Shown here: positions 17,410-27,892 of the stretch, in pieces
Layout of the letters: each line of letters starts with the position of its first letter
How positions within the stretch are numbered: the first letter of the stretch is position 1
Assembly: GCA_002734065.2 (NCBI GenBank)
Contig: NVXU02000044.1
Location: 1,678 to 65,677 of the forward strand
Length of the DNA stretch: 64,000 nt
Source of the DNA: Fluviicola sp.
Lineage (GTDB): Bacteria > Bacteroidota > Bacteroidia > Flavobacteriales_D > Crocinitomicaceae
Direction of reading: 5' to 3'
Notes under the pieces: generated by a model
Told to the model about the DNA's origin: nothing
The model's database searches: none
The model's input: the letters and a program-made list of their open reading frames with translations, nothing else
Translations under genes and position numbers: made by a program

Positions 17410-18246
17410 ATGCGTAATTTTATTGCATTCATTAAACATTTTCAGGTGATTTTAGTCTTTGCTCTTTTGCAAGGAATTGCGTTATCATTGTATGTTTCGT
17501 TTGTTCAATTCCCAAGATCGCAATACTTGACGACTGCTTCTTCGGTTCAAGGAAATATTCTTTCTGTTAGAAATAGTATGACCAAACATTTTAACTTATC
17601 GAAGAATAATGTGCAATTGCAAAAGAAAAACATTGAATTGATGCAAAAGCAACCCTTTAGCTTTATTCCACAAGAAAATGGTTTGGTAAAAATCAATGAC
17701 ACCCTTCAGCGCTTACAATATGAATACATTCCTGCCATAATTATCAATTCTACCCACGACAAAAGAGATAATTATTTTACCATTAATATTGGTTCTTCAC
17801 AAGGAATTGAAAGGGGCATGGGTGTTTTCTCTAACAATGGCGTCGTGGGAATCATTCACAATACCAGTGCTAATTTTTCTGTCATTAAGTCTTGCTTGAC
17901 AAAGAAGTTGAACATTGCCATCATGCTTCAAGAATCGAATGAATTTGGTTTTTTAGAATGGGACGGTAGAGATGCAAGACGAGGTTCAATGACTGGAGTT
18001 TCCAATGATTTTGACCTTAAAAAGTGGTCCAGAATAGTCACAAAAGGCGGTGGAGGCATCTTTCCAAGAGGAATTCCCGTTGGAAAACTTGAAAAATATG
18101 AAGTCATAGAAGGAGAGTCTCTTTGGGACATTACTTTTTTGTTTTCTGAAGATTTTAGATCCTTGCAAAACGTTTATGTTATCAAAAATTTATTGTTAGA
18201 AGAACAAAAAGAATTAGAAACCGAGGTAAATAACAATCAACAATGA
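17410..18246 (+). CDS. mreC: rod shape-determining protein MreC
   Basis: N-terminal TM, coiled region, beta-rich domain with GGIFPRGIPVG motif; gene order. Confidence 0.85.
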   Translation: MRNFIAFIKHFQVILVFALLQGIALSLYVSFVQFPRSQYLTTASSVQGNILSVRNSMTKHFNLSKNNVQLQKKNIELMQKQPFSFIPQENGLVKINDTLQRLQYEYIPAIIINSTHDKRDNYFTINIGSSQGIERGMGVFSNNGVVGIIHNTSANFSVIKSCLTKKLNIAIMLQESNEFGFLEWDGRDARRGSMTGVSNDFDLKKWSRIVTKGGGGIFPRGIPVGKLEKYEVIEGESLWDITFLFSEDFRSLQNVYVIKNLLLEEQKELETEVNNNQQ

Positions 18247-18758
18247 ATGACCCCTTAAAACATAGTCTGCGATTTCTCGCTGTGTTGTTGATTCAAGGAC
18301 TCATCTTAAATCAAATTGAGATTGGTTTTGGAATACAACTCATGATTTATCCTTTGTTTATTCTTCTACTTCCCGTCAACACAAGTATTCTCCCGTTACT
18401 TTTTATCTCTTTTTCCTTGGGGCTTTTAGTCGATGCTTTTTCTAACACTTACGGATTACATGCTTCCTCCGCGTTAATATTTGCGTTTTTGAGACCGAGT
18501 GTATTTAAACTTTTCGACTCAAGAGACGGTTATGACCCCCTTGTTGAAACAAACGTATTCAACATGGGATTTCTTTGGTTTGCAAAAACCTTTGGTGTTT
18601 TATTGTTCATTCATCACTTGTGGTTCTTCCTTTTGGAGATGTTTAAATTCAATGATTTGGGTTTTATTCTTCAAAAAACCGTTTTAAGTGCCCCTGTTTC
18701 ATTTGCTATTTGTATCTTATTGCAATATCTTTTTGTGAAAAAGCAAACCAGTAAATGA
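18243..18758 (+). CDS. mreD: rod shape-determining protein MreD
   Basis: 171-aa polytopic protein, overlaps mreC stop and mrdA start by 4 bp; position-based call. Confidence 0.75.
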   Translation: MNDPLKHSLRFLAVLLIQGLILNQIEIGFGIQLMIYPLFILLLPVNTSILPLLFISFSLGLLVDAFSNTYGLHASSALIFAFLRPSVFKLFDSRDGYDPLVETNVFNMGFLWFAKTFGVLLFIHHLWFFLLEMFKFNDLGFILQKTVLSAPVSFAICILLQYLFVKKQTSK

Positions 18759-20632
18759 ATTTTGATTCAAGAAAATACGTCTTCATTGTCATCTTTGTCC
18801 TCATAGGTGTGCTTTATGCTTCCAAATTGTTTTACATGCAGGTTGTTGACGACACCTGGAAATTACGGGCGCAACAAATTGCAGAAAAGCGAAGAGAAAT
18901 AACACCTCCAAGAGCGGTCGTTTTTGATCGTTCTGGAAAGAAAATTGTTGCCAATAAAACCTATTACAACCTGATGATGGTTGAGAAAAACATCGTTGAT
19001 TTAGACACGATTGCATTTGCAAAACTCATAGGTTGGACAGTTGAGGAAATTAGACAACGTTTTATCGATATTCGCAAGGGAGAAGGCAAGTACTACAACA
19101 AGCACACAGGTAAAACATCATCAAATTACCAAAAAATTAGAGCGTACCCCTTCCTCAAAGAACTAACGGCTGAAGAAATGGTCAAAATTGCCTCTCATCT
19201 TGAAGATTTTCGTGGATTCTATAAGGAAGTGACCAGTATGCGGGACTATCCTTTTGCTAATGGAGCAAATATTCTTGGCTATCTTTCTGAAGTATATCAA
19301 GAAGAGATTAACAAAGATAAATTCTACAAACCTGGAGGCAGAATAGGAAGATCTGGCATAGAACGATTCTACGAAAAAGAATTCCGAGGAACGAAAGGAG
19401 TAAAATACATTGTAACTTCTGCAATGAACAACACAGTAGGCTCATGGGAGGATGGAAGATATGACACCACCGCAGTTCAGGCTCCGGCAATTAAGTTAGG
19501 AATCGACATTGCTTTACAAGCCTACGGAGAGAAATTATTGGAGAACAAGCGAGGTTGCATTGTTGCGATTGAACCAAGTACAGGTGAAATTCTTGCGCTT
19601 GTTTCTTCTCCCAATTACGACCCTAACCTGCTCGTGGGAAACAGAAAAATTCGTAAAAATTACCCTAAATTATTGGAAGATCCTGACAAACCTCTTTTTC
19701 CTCGTCCTTTGGCTTCTGCGTATATGCCTGGTTCAACTTTTAAGCTTTTACAAGCCTTAATTGGCATGCAAGAAGGAGTAATTACAACAGAGTCTGGTTT
19801 CCCTTGTAACAAAAGTGTTGTTGGTTGTCACAATCACCCATCGGCAAGAAACGTAACGGATGCTGTTAAGATGTCTTGCAACCCTTATTTTTATGCTGTT
19901 ACGCGAAGAATTATTCAGCAAGGCAAAAAGAAGGTGAATTACGAAGATGCCGAATACGGGTTGGGCAGATGGGCAAAATACATGCACAGTTTTGGTTTGG
20001 GCCATCGCTTGGGAACAGACATTACAGGTTTGACCGCAGGCAATATTCCTGACCCTGCATATTACGATAAATGGTACGGTCATTTGCAGTGGAAATTTTC
20101 TACCATTCGCTCTATTTCTATTGGGCAGGGAGAGGTTCAATTGACTCCCTTGCATTTGGCAAATGTTGCAGCAATCATGGCGAATAGAGGTTGGTACATT
20201 ACGCCTCATTTCGTAAAAGGTTTCGGAGAAGAAGGACCGAAAGAAGAATATACTATTAAGCACAAAACTATGGTCGAAAGAAGATACTTTGTCCCTGTTG
20301 TGGAAGGTATGCGTCGCGTAGTTTATGAACCGGGAGGTACTGCAAGGCGAGCAAAAGTAGAAGGCGTAATCGTTTGTGGAAAAACAGGAACCATTGAGAA
20401 TTACCGAAGGCAATTGAAACTAAGAAATCACTCAGCTTTCATTGCTTTTGCCCCTATGGACAACCCAAAAATTGCCATTTCAGTATTCATAGAGAACGCT
20501 GGAGGCGGCGGTGGGACTTGGGCAGCGCCGATTGCAAGTTTGATGATAGAACAATACATTTACGGAAAAGTAGAGCCTTCGGCGAAAGAGAAACGAATTT
20601 TAGACGCTGTTTTACTTAAAAAAGAACGATGA
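18755..20632 (+). CDS. mrdA: penicillin-binding protein 2 (elongasome transpeptidase)
   Basis: STFK (PGSTFKLL), SCN and KTGT motifs; context between mreD and rodA. Confidence 0.93.
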   Translation: MNFDSRKYVFIVIFVLIGVLYASKLFYMQVVDDTWKLRAQQIAEKRREITPPRAVVFDRSGKKIVANKTYYNLMMVEKNIVDLDTIAFAKLIGWTVEEIRQRFIDIRKGEGKYYNKHTGKTSSNYQKIRAYPFLKELTAEEMVKIASHLEDFRGFYKEVTSMRDYPFANGANILGYLSEVYQEEINKDKFYKPGGRIGRSGIERFYEKEFRGTKGVKYIVTSAMNNTVGSWEDGRYDTTAVQAPAIKLGIDIALQAYGEKLLENKRGCIVAIEPSTGEILALVSSPNYDPNLLVGNRKIRKNYPKLLEDPDKPLFPRPLASAYMPGSTFKLLQALIGMQEGVITTESGFPCNKSVVGCHNHPSARNVTDAVKMSCNPYFYAVTRRIIQQGKKKVNYEDAEYGLGRWAKYMHSFGLGHRLGTDITGLTAGNIPDPAYYDKWYGHLQWKFSTIRSISIGQGEVQLTPLHLANVAAIMANRGWYITPHFVKGFGEEGPKEEYTIKHKTMVERRYFVPVVEGMRRVVYEPGGTARRAKVEGVIVCGKTGTIENYRRQLKLRNHSAFIAFAPMDNPKIAISVFIENAGGGGGTWAAPIASLMIEQYIYGKVEPSAKEKRILDAVLLKKER

Positions 20633-22029
20633 GAAAGAATAAATCTGTCATCGGTAATTTTGATTGGCCTCTTTTTAGTTGCTACATTTTATTGCTTCTC
20701 ATGGGAATAGGAACGGTTTATTCCGTTGCCTACAATCCTGAGCACCCAAGCATATTTGATTTGTCAGAAAAATACGGAAAACAAATCATGTGGCTTGGCA
20801 TTTCTCTGTTTTTAGGCTTACTCGTTTTTCTCATTGACTCTGACATTTACAGAAAATTTTCTTTGCCCATTTATGGTTTTACTTTGAGCTTGTTGGTCAT
20901 CGTTTTATTCATGCCTGCGGTGAATGGTGCAAGAGCGTGGCTAGGTATTGGTTCAATGGGAATTCAACCTGCAGAATTTGCCAAAATTGGCACCGCTATT
21001 CTGTTGGCAAACTATCTAAGTGTCGCCAATATCAAGCAACAAAGTCGCAAGACAGTGCTTGTGGCAAACGCCATCATTTTAGTCCCTATGGTTCTAATTT
21101 TACTGCAACCGGATGCAGGGACATTTGTCGTTTTTACGGCTTTTCTATTCGTTTTATACCGTGAAGGTGTCTCGTACGACCCTTTAATACTTCCTGTTCT
21201 CAATGCAATACCCATTAAGGGCATCCATTTCAAAAAAACATGGGTGGGAACTCACTTTGTGCCCATTTTATTCGTAGTTCTTTTCTTAAGTATTACGACT
21301 TTGCTGTTGAGCAATTCTACCATTACACTTGACTTTTTAGGTGTTGAATTAGCGGGTTACTGGGGTGTTTTTTTCTTCCTTTTAGTTCTTTCTGTTGTCG
21401 GTTATTTTTTCATGAGAATGATCTTTTCGAGAAGAGATAGAAAGCGAGCATTGACCATCTCCATCATTGCATTTCTATTGTCCGTTACATTGACAAAAGG
21501 GATTGATTTCGGTTTTCAAAAACTGGCTGGACACCAAAAAGAAAGGATAGAGCTTGTACTTGGCTTGCGAGAAGACCCTAACGGAGATGATTACAATCGA
21601 AATCGCGCCATGGCGGCAGTCGGTTCTGGAGGTTTGCTGGGTAAAGGTTATCGAAACGCAACTGTTTCTTCGGTTCAAACAAATCATGTCCCAGAAAGTG
21701 AAACGGATTTCATTTTTTGTCCTTTTGCAGAAGAATGGGGATTTGCAGGAAGTATTATTCTTGTTTTTTTATACATCTTTATGATTTTAAGAATTGTAAT
21801 CATCGCAGAACGTCAAAAATCTACCTTTAATCGGGTTTATGCCTACTCCGTCGCGATGATAATTTTCTATCACTTTGCCATTAATATCGGCATGAACATT
21901 GAGTTTTCGCCAGTTATCGGCATTCCTCTTCCGTTTTTTAGCTACGGAGGATCCTCACTGATGTCTTTCTCCATGATGATGTTTATTTTACTGAAATTAG
22001 ACAGCCAAAGGAAGGATGTTTTGAATTAA
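20629..22029 (+). CDS. rodA: SEDS glycosyltransferase RodA
   Basis: FtsW/RodA/SpoVE family sequence (ESETDFIF, PLPFFSYGGSS); 466 aa, longer than ~370-aa E. coli RodA. Confidence 0.9.
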   Translation: MRKNKSVIGNFDWPLFSCYILLLLMGIGTVYSVAYNPEHPSIFDLSEKYGKQIMWLGISLFLGLLVFLIDSDIYRKFSLPIYGFTLSLLVIVLFMPAVNGARAWLGIGSMGIQPAEFAKIGTAILLANYLSVANIKQQSRKTVLVANAIILVPMVLILLQPDAGTFVVFTAFLFVLYREGVSYDPLILPVLNAIPIKGIHFKKTWVGTHFVPILFVVLFLSITTLLLSNSTITLDFLGVELAGYWGVFFFLLVLSVVGYFFMRMIFSRRDRKRALTISIIAFLLSVTLTKGIDFGFQKLAGHQKERIELVLGLREDPNGDDYNRNRAMAAVGSGGLLGKGYRNATVSSVQTNHVPESETDFIFCPFAEEWGFAGSIILVFLYIFMILRIVIIAERQKSTFNRVYAYSVAMIIFYHFAINIGMNIEFSPVIGIPLPFFSYGGSSLMSFSMMMFILLKLDSQRKDVLN

Positions 22030-22113
22030 ATCGACGAATACTCATTGGATGTCTTTAAGTCACCCTATGAGTATCAAATAAATTTTCTACATTTACAAGA
22101 CCAATAAAGAAAG

Positions 22114-24600
22114 ATGGCAAAGAAAGAACAAGAAAAAGCTCCAAAAAAAGAATTTTCCAAAAAAACGGCTCGGGTTCTTACTGTCCTTTTTTGGTTGGGC
22201 GCTATGTCTCCTTTCTTGCTTGTTTTATTTTTAGTTTACAGTCAGGCCGAAGATGAATTGCCTTCTGTAGAAACGTTGGAAAACCCACCGGAACTTTTAG
22301 CGTCAATCGTTTTTGCAGACGACGCTAAAACAGAATTGGGAAGGTATTGGAGCGTTAACAGAACCAATGTCGCTTACAAAGACATCTCCCCTTATGTTTT
22401 TGATGCCTTAATTGCGACCGAAGATGAGCGTTTTTTAGATCATTCTGGCATTGATTTTAGAGGTGTGGGTAGAGCAATTGCACGGATGGGCGAAGGAGGA
22501 GGAGCTTCTACTATTTCTCAGCAGTTGGCAAAATTGATTTTCACACTTGAAGAAAGAGCAAGAATAGCAGAACTAAAAGCACAAGGCAAACCTGTACCCA
22601 ATCAGCGAAAAGGAAAAATGAAACGTCTTGACGAGAAAGTAAAAGAAAACATCATTGCAGTGCGTTTGGAAGAACGCTATACCAAAGAAGAAATCATTAC
22701 CATGTATCTCAACCAGTTCGATTTCTTGTATAACGCCGTTGGGATAGAGAACGCCGCAAACGTTTATTTCAACAAAAAACCGATAGAATTGAACAGGCAA
22801 GAAGCAGCAACACTCATTGGAATGTGTAAAAACCCTGATTTGTACAATCCTTATCATGCGCAGCTCAAAAATTATAGAAATGTGGTTGCTCGTAGAAAAA
22901 AAATAGCCCGAGAGAATGTTACACCACTGCAAATGACAGAAGAAAGAGCAAAAGACAGTACTCGTGCGATTAAACGAAGAAATCAGGTGCTTTTTCAATG
23001 GAAACGGAGTACGAATAGCAACAACATTGCACTAAAAAATCAAATGACGCAAAAGGAATACGACTCCTTGAGAATGTTGCCCATCATTATTGATTATCAA
23101 GTAGTCGATCACAAAGAAGGTTTGGCTCCATACTTTAGAGAATCATTGAGAAGTGATTTAAAGGCATTATTTAAGTCCAAGAATGAGAAAGGAGAACTCA
23201 TTTATAAGAAAGAAAATGGCGATGCTTACAATGTCTATAAAGATGGTCTTAAAATCTATACCACCATCAACGTTGACATGCAACAACACGCAGAATACGC
23301 ACTAAAAAGACACCTAAAAGAAGATTTACAACCTCAATTTGACAAAAACAACCGAAAATTAAAAAGATACCCCTTTACGAATAGCATTTCTGCAAAAGTT
23401 GCAGAATCTTTAATGAATTCTGGACGAAAAAATTCAGACAGATACAGGTCAATGAAAGCCAGTGGTATTTCTGAAAAAGAAATCATTGCAAGTTTTGATG
23501 AACCTGTTCCTATGCACGTTTTTTCTTGGAACGGAAACATTGACACTACGCTTACCCCCAATGATTCTATTCGTTATTATAAGGGAATTCTAAGAGCCGG
23601 AATGATGTCCATAGAACCAAGTACAGGTTTTGTAAAAGCATGGGTGGGGGGTATTGACTTTAACCACTTTGCTTTTGACCACGTAAAACAAGGAAAAAGA
23701 CAGGTTGGTTCTACCATAAAACCCTTTGTTTATGGAACTGCTTTGTCTATGCGAGTTGTAAAACCGTGCACTGAATTTGGACCAGACTCTTATTTCTGCG
23801 TTGATACTCCTGGAGAGCCTGGTCAAGTTGGTAAAAGTTGGTGCCCAAGAGGAAAAAAACCGAAAGGTCCGAAAACTGTTGAAAATGGTTTAGCTACTTC
23901 CGACAATTTAATCACTGTGGCAGTAATGTCTAAAATGGGTGGCCTTTCAGGACCTAAAAACATTTCTAAAATACTGAAGGGAATGGAAATTAACCTTAGA
24001 CCAGAGGACGAGGTTCCGGCGATGTGTTTAGGCATTATGGATTTGTCCGTCTATCAAATGGTAGCGGCACAAGCCATGTTTGTGAACCAAGGGATTTACA
24101 ATAGACCAACAACTATTCTCCGAATAGAGGACAGAAATGGCAATGTAATATACAATGCAGACCTTCATTCAAAAGAGGTTTTTAATCCCAATGATGCCTA
24201 CAGAACTTTGCAGATTATGAAAGGAGTTGTTCAATATGGAACAGGGGCGTCTTTAAGAGGCACCTGGAGAAAATGGGGAGGCATTACGCAACCAATGGCT
24301 GGAAAAACAGGTACTACGCAGAACAACTCTGACGGCTGGTTCATGGGGTTAACGCCCGATCTAGTTACAGGGATTTGGGTAGGGGCAGAAGACAGAGCGG
24401 TTCGTTTTCGGTCTATGGAATGGGGACAAGGAGCAAGAATGGCGCTTCCTATTTACGGTTATTACATGCAAAAAGTCTATAAAGACAATAAAATAAAAAT
24501 ATCAACAGAAGATTTTGACGTTCCCATTGGGTATGACCCTTCAATTTATGAATGCGAGGGTGAGGAAAACGTTTCTGATGAGAATCAAATAAATTATTAA
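22114..24600 (+). CDS. class A penicillin-binding protein (PBP1A-type transglycosylase/transpeptidase)
   Basis: GT51 motifs (EDERFLDHSGID, GASTISQQL), transpeptidase STIKP and KTGT. Confidence 0.92.
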   Translation: MAKKEQEKAPKKEFSKKTARVLTVLFWLGAMSPFLLVLFLVYSQAEDELPSVETLENPPELLASIVFADDAKTELGRYWSVNRTNVAYKDISPYVFDALIATEDERFLDHSGIDFRGVGRAIARMGEGGGASTISQQLAKLIFTLEERARIAELKAQGKPVPNQRKGKMKRLDEKVKENIIAVRLEERYTKEEIITMYLNQFDFLYNAVGIENAANVYFNKKPIELNRQEAATLIGMCKNPDLYNPYHAQLKNYRNVVARRKKIARENVTPLQMTEERAKDSTRAIKRRNQVLFQWKRSTNSNNIALKNQMTQKEYDSLRMLPIIIDYQVVDHKEGLAPYFRESLRSDLKALFKSKNEKGELIYKKENGDAYNVYKDGLKIYTTINVDMQQHAEYALKRHLKEDLQPQFDKNNRKLKRYPFTNSISAKVAESLMNSGRKNSDRYRSMKASGISEKEIIASFDEPVPMHVFSWNGNIDTTLTPNDSIRYYKGILRAGMMSIEPSTGFVKAWVGGIDFNHFAFDHVKQGKRQVGSTIKPFVYGTALSMRVVKPCTEFGPDSYFCVDTPGEPGQVGKSWCPRGKKPKGPKTVENGLATSDNLITVAVMSKMGGLSGPKNISKILKGMEINLRPEDEVPAMCLGIMDLSVYQMVAAQAMFVNQGIYNRPTTILRIEDRNGNVIYNADLHSKEVFNPNDAYRTLQIMKGVVQYGTGASLRGTWRKWGGITQPMAGKTGTTQNNSDGWFMGLTPDLVTGIWVGAEDRAVRFRSMEWGQGARMALPIYGYYMQKVYKDNKIKISTEDFDVPIGYDPSIYECEGEENVSDENQINY

Positions 24601-25299
24601 ATGAACAAGGTTGTAAATAACGTAGAAGAAGCATTGCAAGGTTTGCAAGACAACATGACCATTATGTTGGGTGGTTTTGGACTGTGTGGAATTCCCGAAA
24701 ATTCTATCGGGCAAATGGTTAAATTAGGTATAAAAGGACTCACCTGCATTTCTAACAATGCTGGGGTAGATAATTTCGGTCTTGGATTACTCTTGCAAGA
24801 AAAACAAATCAAGAAAATGGTCTCTTCTTATGTCGGAGAGAACGATGAATTTGAGCGACAAATGCTCTCTGGAGAATTAGAGGTTGATTTAATTCCTCAA
24901 GGTTCTTTAGCAGAAAGATGCCGTGCTGGTGGTGCTGGAATTCCTGCGTTTTATACTCCTGCAGGTTATGGAACAGAGGTTGCTGAAGGAAAAGAAGTGA
25001 GAGAATTCAACGGGAAACCACACATTTTAGAGTCTGCATTAACCGCTGATTTTGCCATTGTAAAAGCTTGGAAAGGAGATACAGAAGGCAACCTCATCTT
25101 TAAAGCAACGGCAAGAAATTTTAACCCAATGATGGCAATGGCAGGCAAAATTACCATTGCAGAAGTAGAAGAGTTGGTTCCTGCAGGAGAATTAGATCCT
25201 AATGAAATTCACACCCCTGGAATTTTCGTTCAGCGAATTTTTAAAGGAGAAAAGTTTGAAAAAAGAATTGAGCAACGAACGGTAAGACAAAAATCTTAA
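24601..25299 (+). CDS. scoA: 3-oxoacid CoA-transferase subunit A
   Basis: 232 aa; [10 protein letters not shown] and ESAL... motifs typical of ScoA/AtoD; partner subunit B at 27093. Confidence 0.88.
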   Translation: MNKVVNNVEEALQGLQDNMTIMLGGFGLCGIPENSIGQMVKLGIKGLTCISNNAGVDNFGLGLLLQEKQIKKMVSSYVGENDEFERQMLSGELEVDLIPQGSLAERCRAGGAGIPAFYTPAGYGTEVAEGKEVREFNGKPHILESALTADFAIVKAWKGDTEGNLIFKATARNFNPMMAMAGKITIAEVEELVPAGELDPNEIHTPGIFVQRIFKGEKFEKRIEQRTVRQKS

Positions 25300-25300
25300 T

Positions 25301-27106
25301 TTGTTAGTTCAAAACGAGAATAAATTATACAAAGGAGTTGTAACGCTTCTTTTTTTGCTCGTTTTTGCCTATATTTTATTGCGAGCAATCTACACCGATC
25401 CTTTGCACGATGAAATTGCCACCTTCATTTTTTACTTTTATCACGGTGACTATATTGGTCCGACCATTCAGTGGGACGCAAATAATCATTTGCTCAATTC
25501 ATTTCTTGGTCACCAGCTTTACAAAGTTTTTGGTGACAACTTATTCATTCTTCGCTTGCCAAACGTCCTTGCATTCATTCTTTATTTTTGGGGCTTAGTT
25601 CGATTAACTCAAAATTTTAAAACCGTTTTTTTAAAGTTTTCAAGCCTTTTTTCCTTGGCTTGCATTCCCTTTATATTAGAATATTTTGCCTACGCAAGAG
25701 GTTACGGTTTGTCTTTGGGTTTTTTTGTTTGGGGAATAATCCATTTTCTGAATTATCAAAAAGAATTTCAACTTAAGCATCTTTTTTATAGCTATCTTTT
25801 TTTAATTCTCGCTGTATCTGCCAACCTTACTCTGATTAATTCTACCATTATTATCCTTGGAATAAACATCATTACCCCATTTTTTACAAAGATTCCTCAA
25901 ACGAAGTCATTCTTACTGAAAAAATGGAGTTTACATTTACTGTGTGTCTTGGCTCTACTTCCGTTTATTGCTTTTGGCCTTTCTTTAAAAATGACAGGGG
26001 CACTGTATTATGGCAACCTTAGTGGTCTTTGGGAACTTACGGGGAAATCATTGAGTAAGCTTGTATTATTTTCAGGACATCTGTGGGTGAAGTACCTTTT
26101 GATTGCTCTACTTACTGCTTTCACTCTTTTATTCTTCAGAAAAAAAGAAAATTTAAGCGTTTGGGCTAAACAACCCTTTGTTCTTCTCGTTTGTTTGCTG
26201 TTTGGAAACATCATTGCGATTCTTCTTTTGGCAAGAGTGTTCTCAATTAACTTTCCTGAAGACAGAACAGGCATGTACTTAGTCATCCTGATTTTACTCG
26301 TGTTCTTTCATTTTTTGGAGAATTTAAAACTTGGTAAATGGTTGCAACTTCCACTTTTATTCTTCCCTATTTCTTTACTAACACACATAAGTTTAGACAC
26401 TTCTATTTTTTCTCCTGAGCAAAGAATGAACCATGAATTCTACTTAAAAGTCAAAGAGCAAGTCTCGGAGCAGAGCAGCATAACCATCTATCAGACAATG
26501 AATTGGAACTGGCCGTATGCGGAGTCGCATCAAAAAACAAAGGCAAGTGTTGCACAGTTTGACAATCCTAATTCTATTCTCTATGATGTCATTGTTACAA
26601 GAACAGGAGTGCTGGAGAACGAAAAAATTCCTCGCCTATACGACACCATTGCTACACACGAGCCGTCAGGTTATATTGCTTTTAAAAGAAAGGAGAATAT
26701 TGATAAAATTAGCTTGAACAATTGGGAAGTTGAGGATGTAAAAACTTCTTCTGATTTTTATACCCTAGCAACGATCAATGTGGATGATTTAGGAGGAAAA
26801 GATTTGCAAATAGACGTGGCGGGACACCTAAAAACTTTTCAAAGAAAGAATAAGATTCAACTGATTGTTCATTCTTCTGACAACACTGGAGCAACCGGAC
26901 GTTATTTATATTACTCCTTTGAAGCGTGTTATCAAGGAAGCAAAATCGATGATAATTTCTTGCATCATTTCATTATTGAGAATGTAGAAGAACAAGAAAC
27001 TGAAATAAAAGTTTACCTTTGGAATAGAGCTAGTCAACCTCTCAAATTGACAGGTTCAAGTTTACAAATGTTTGAATTAAAAACAGCAGAAAATGAGCTT
27101 AGATAA
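25301..27106 (+). CDS. polytopic membrane protein, GT-C fold (PMT_2/ArnT-like glycosyltransferase) candidate, inserted between scoA and scoB
   Basis: ~370-aa multi-TM N-terminal region with early loop [10 protein letters not shown] and [23 protein letters not shown] (resembles GT39/83 pattern), ~230-aa soluble C-terminal domain; no in-frame ATG for ~230 codons so a TTG start (25301 or ~25355) is required. Confidence 0.5.
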   Translation: MLVQNENKLYKGVVTLLFLLVFAYILLRAIYTDPLHDEIATFIFYFYHGDYIGPTIQWDANNHLLNSFLGHQLYKVFGDNLFILRLPNVLAFILYFWGLVRLTQNFKTVFLKFSSLFSLACIPFILEYFAYARGYGLSLGFFVWGIIHFLNYQKEFQLKHLFYSYLFLILAVSANLTLINSTIIILGINIITPFFTKIPQTKSFLLKKWSLHLLCVLALLPFIAFGLSLKMTGALYYGNLSGLWELTGKSLSKLVLFSGHLWVKYLLIALLTAFTLLFFRKKENLSVWAKQPFVLLVCLLFGNIIAILLLARVFSINFPEDRTGMYLVILILLVFFHFLENLKLGKWLQLPLLFFPISLLTHISLDTSIFSPEQRMNHEFYLKVKEQVSEQSSITIYQTMNWNWPYAESHQKTKASVAQFDNPNSILYDVIVTRTGVLENEKIPRLYDTIATHEPSGYIAFKRKENIDKISLNNWEVEDVKTSSDFYTLATINVDDLGGKDLQIDVAGHLKTFQRKNKIQLIVHSSDNTGATGRYLYYSFEACYQGSKIDDNFLHHFIIENVEEQETEIKVYLWNRASQPLKLTGSSLQMFELKTAENELR

Positions 27107-27764
27107 AACAGGAATAGCAAAACGCATTGCGCAAGAATTAAGAGATGGATGGTATGTCAACCTCGGAATAGGAATTCCAACCTTAGTGGCTAATTACATT
27201 CCTCAAGGAATTGAAGTGGAATTCCAGTCAGAAAATGGAATTTTAGGAATGGGTCCTTTTCCATTTGATGGAGAAGAAGATGCCGACCTAATCAATGCCG
27301 GTAAGCAAACAATTACTGCGCTAAAAGGAGCTGCTTATTTTGATTCCGCAACCTCATTTGCTATGATTCGTGGACAGCACGTTCAGTTAACGGTTTTGGG
27401 AGCCATGGAGGTTTCACAAAACGGAGACATTGCCAACTGGAAAATTCCAGGGAAAATGGTCAAAGGAATGGGCGGCGCAATGGATTTGGTTGCTTCTGCG
27501 GATAATATCATTGTGGCAATGATGCACGCCAATCGTGCTGGAGCATCGAAACTGTTAAAAGCTTGCTCTTTGCCTCTCACAGGAGTTAATTGTGTGAGAA
27601 AAGTAGTGACCAACCTAGCCGTTATGGATATTAAAGACGGAAAGTTTCATTTAGTTGAACGAGCACCTGGTGTTTCTGTGGAAGAAATAGTTGCAGCAAC
27701 TGAAGGGGAATTGGTTGTGCCGGAGAATGTTCCGGAAATGGTGTTGGACGTAGTCAGGTGTTAG
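27093..27764 (+). CDS. scoB: 3-oxoacid CoA-transferase subunit B
   Basis: 223 aa; SENG catalytic Glu motif (FQSENGILG); overlaps preceding gene by 14 bp. Confidence 0.88.
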   Translation: MSLDKTGIAKRIAQELRDGWYVNLGIGIPTLVANYIPQGIEVEFQSENGILGMGPFPFDGEEDADLINAGKQTITALKGAAYFDSATSFAMIRGQHVQLTVLGAMEVSQNGDIANWKIPGKMVKGMGGAMDLVASADNIIVAMMHANRAGASKLLKACSLPLTGVNCVRKVVTNLAVMDIKDGKFHLVERAPGVSVEEIVAATEGELVVPENVPEMVLDVVRC

Positions 27765-27856
27765 AATTATGGATTATGATGCCCTTTGTTTGTTAGGATT
27801 ATGAATTATAACACGCACCTACGTTATAATCCATAATTCTAACACCTGACTACGTC
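27747..27856. terminator. 31-bp perfect inverted repeat with 48-nt spacer between convergent scoB and nadD
   Basis: gacgtagtcaggtgttagaattatggattat (27747-27777) is the exact reverse complement of 27826-27856; left arm contains last 6 codons and stop of scoB. Confidence 0.7.
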
Positions 27857-27892
27857 ATAATTCTAACAGGAGTCCACTTCAAACGCTCCAAT

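Noticed and set aside
19757-20413. 218-aa minus-strand ORF inside mrdA. Similar long antisense ORFs are 22573..22998, 16254..16610, 13674..14033, 48099..48470, 51453..51812, 5519..5908, 4073..4384, 774..1106 and 63481..63903.
   Set aside because: Each lies entirely antisense to a confidently identified conserved gene and has skewed, low-complexity composition (Cys/Ser/Phe/Arg-rich). They are typical shadow ORFs.
24598-24603. The PBP1A stop codon abuts the scoA start codon (TAAATG), suggesting a possible fusion or frameshift.
   Set aside because: Both proteins are full-length with normal termini. This is simple tight packing.
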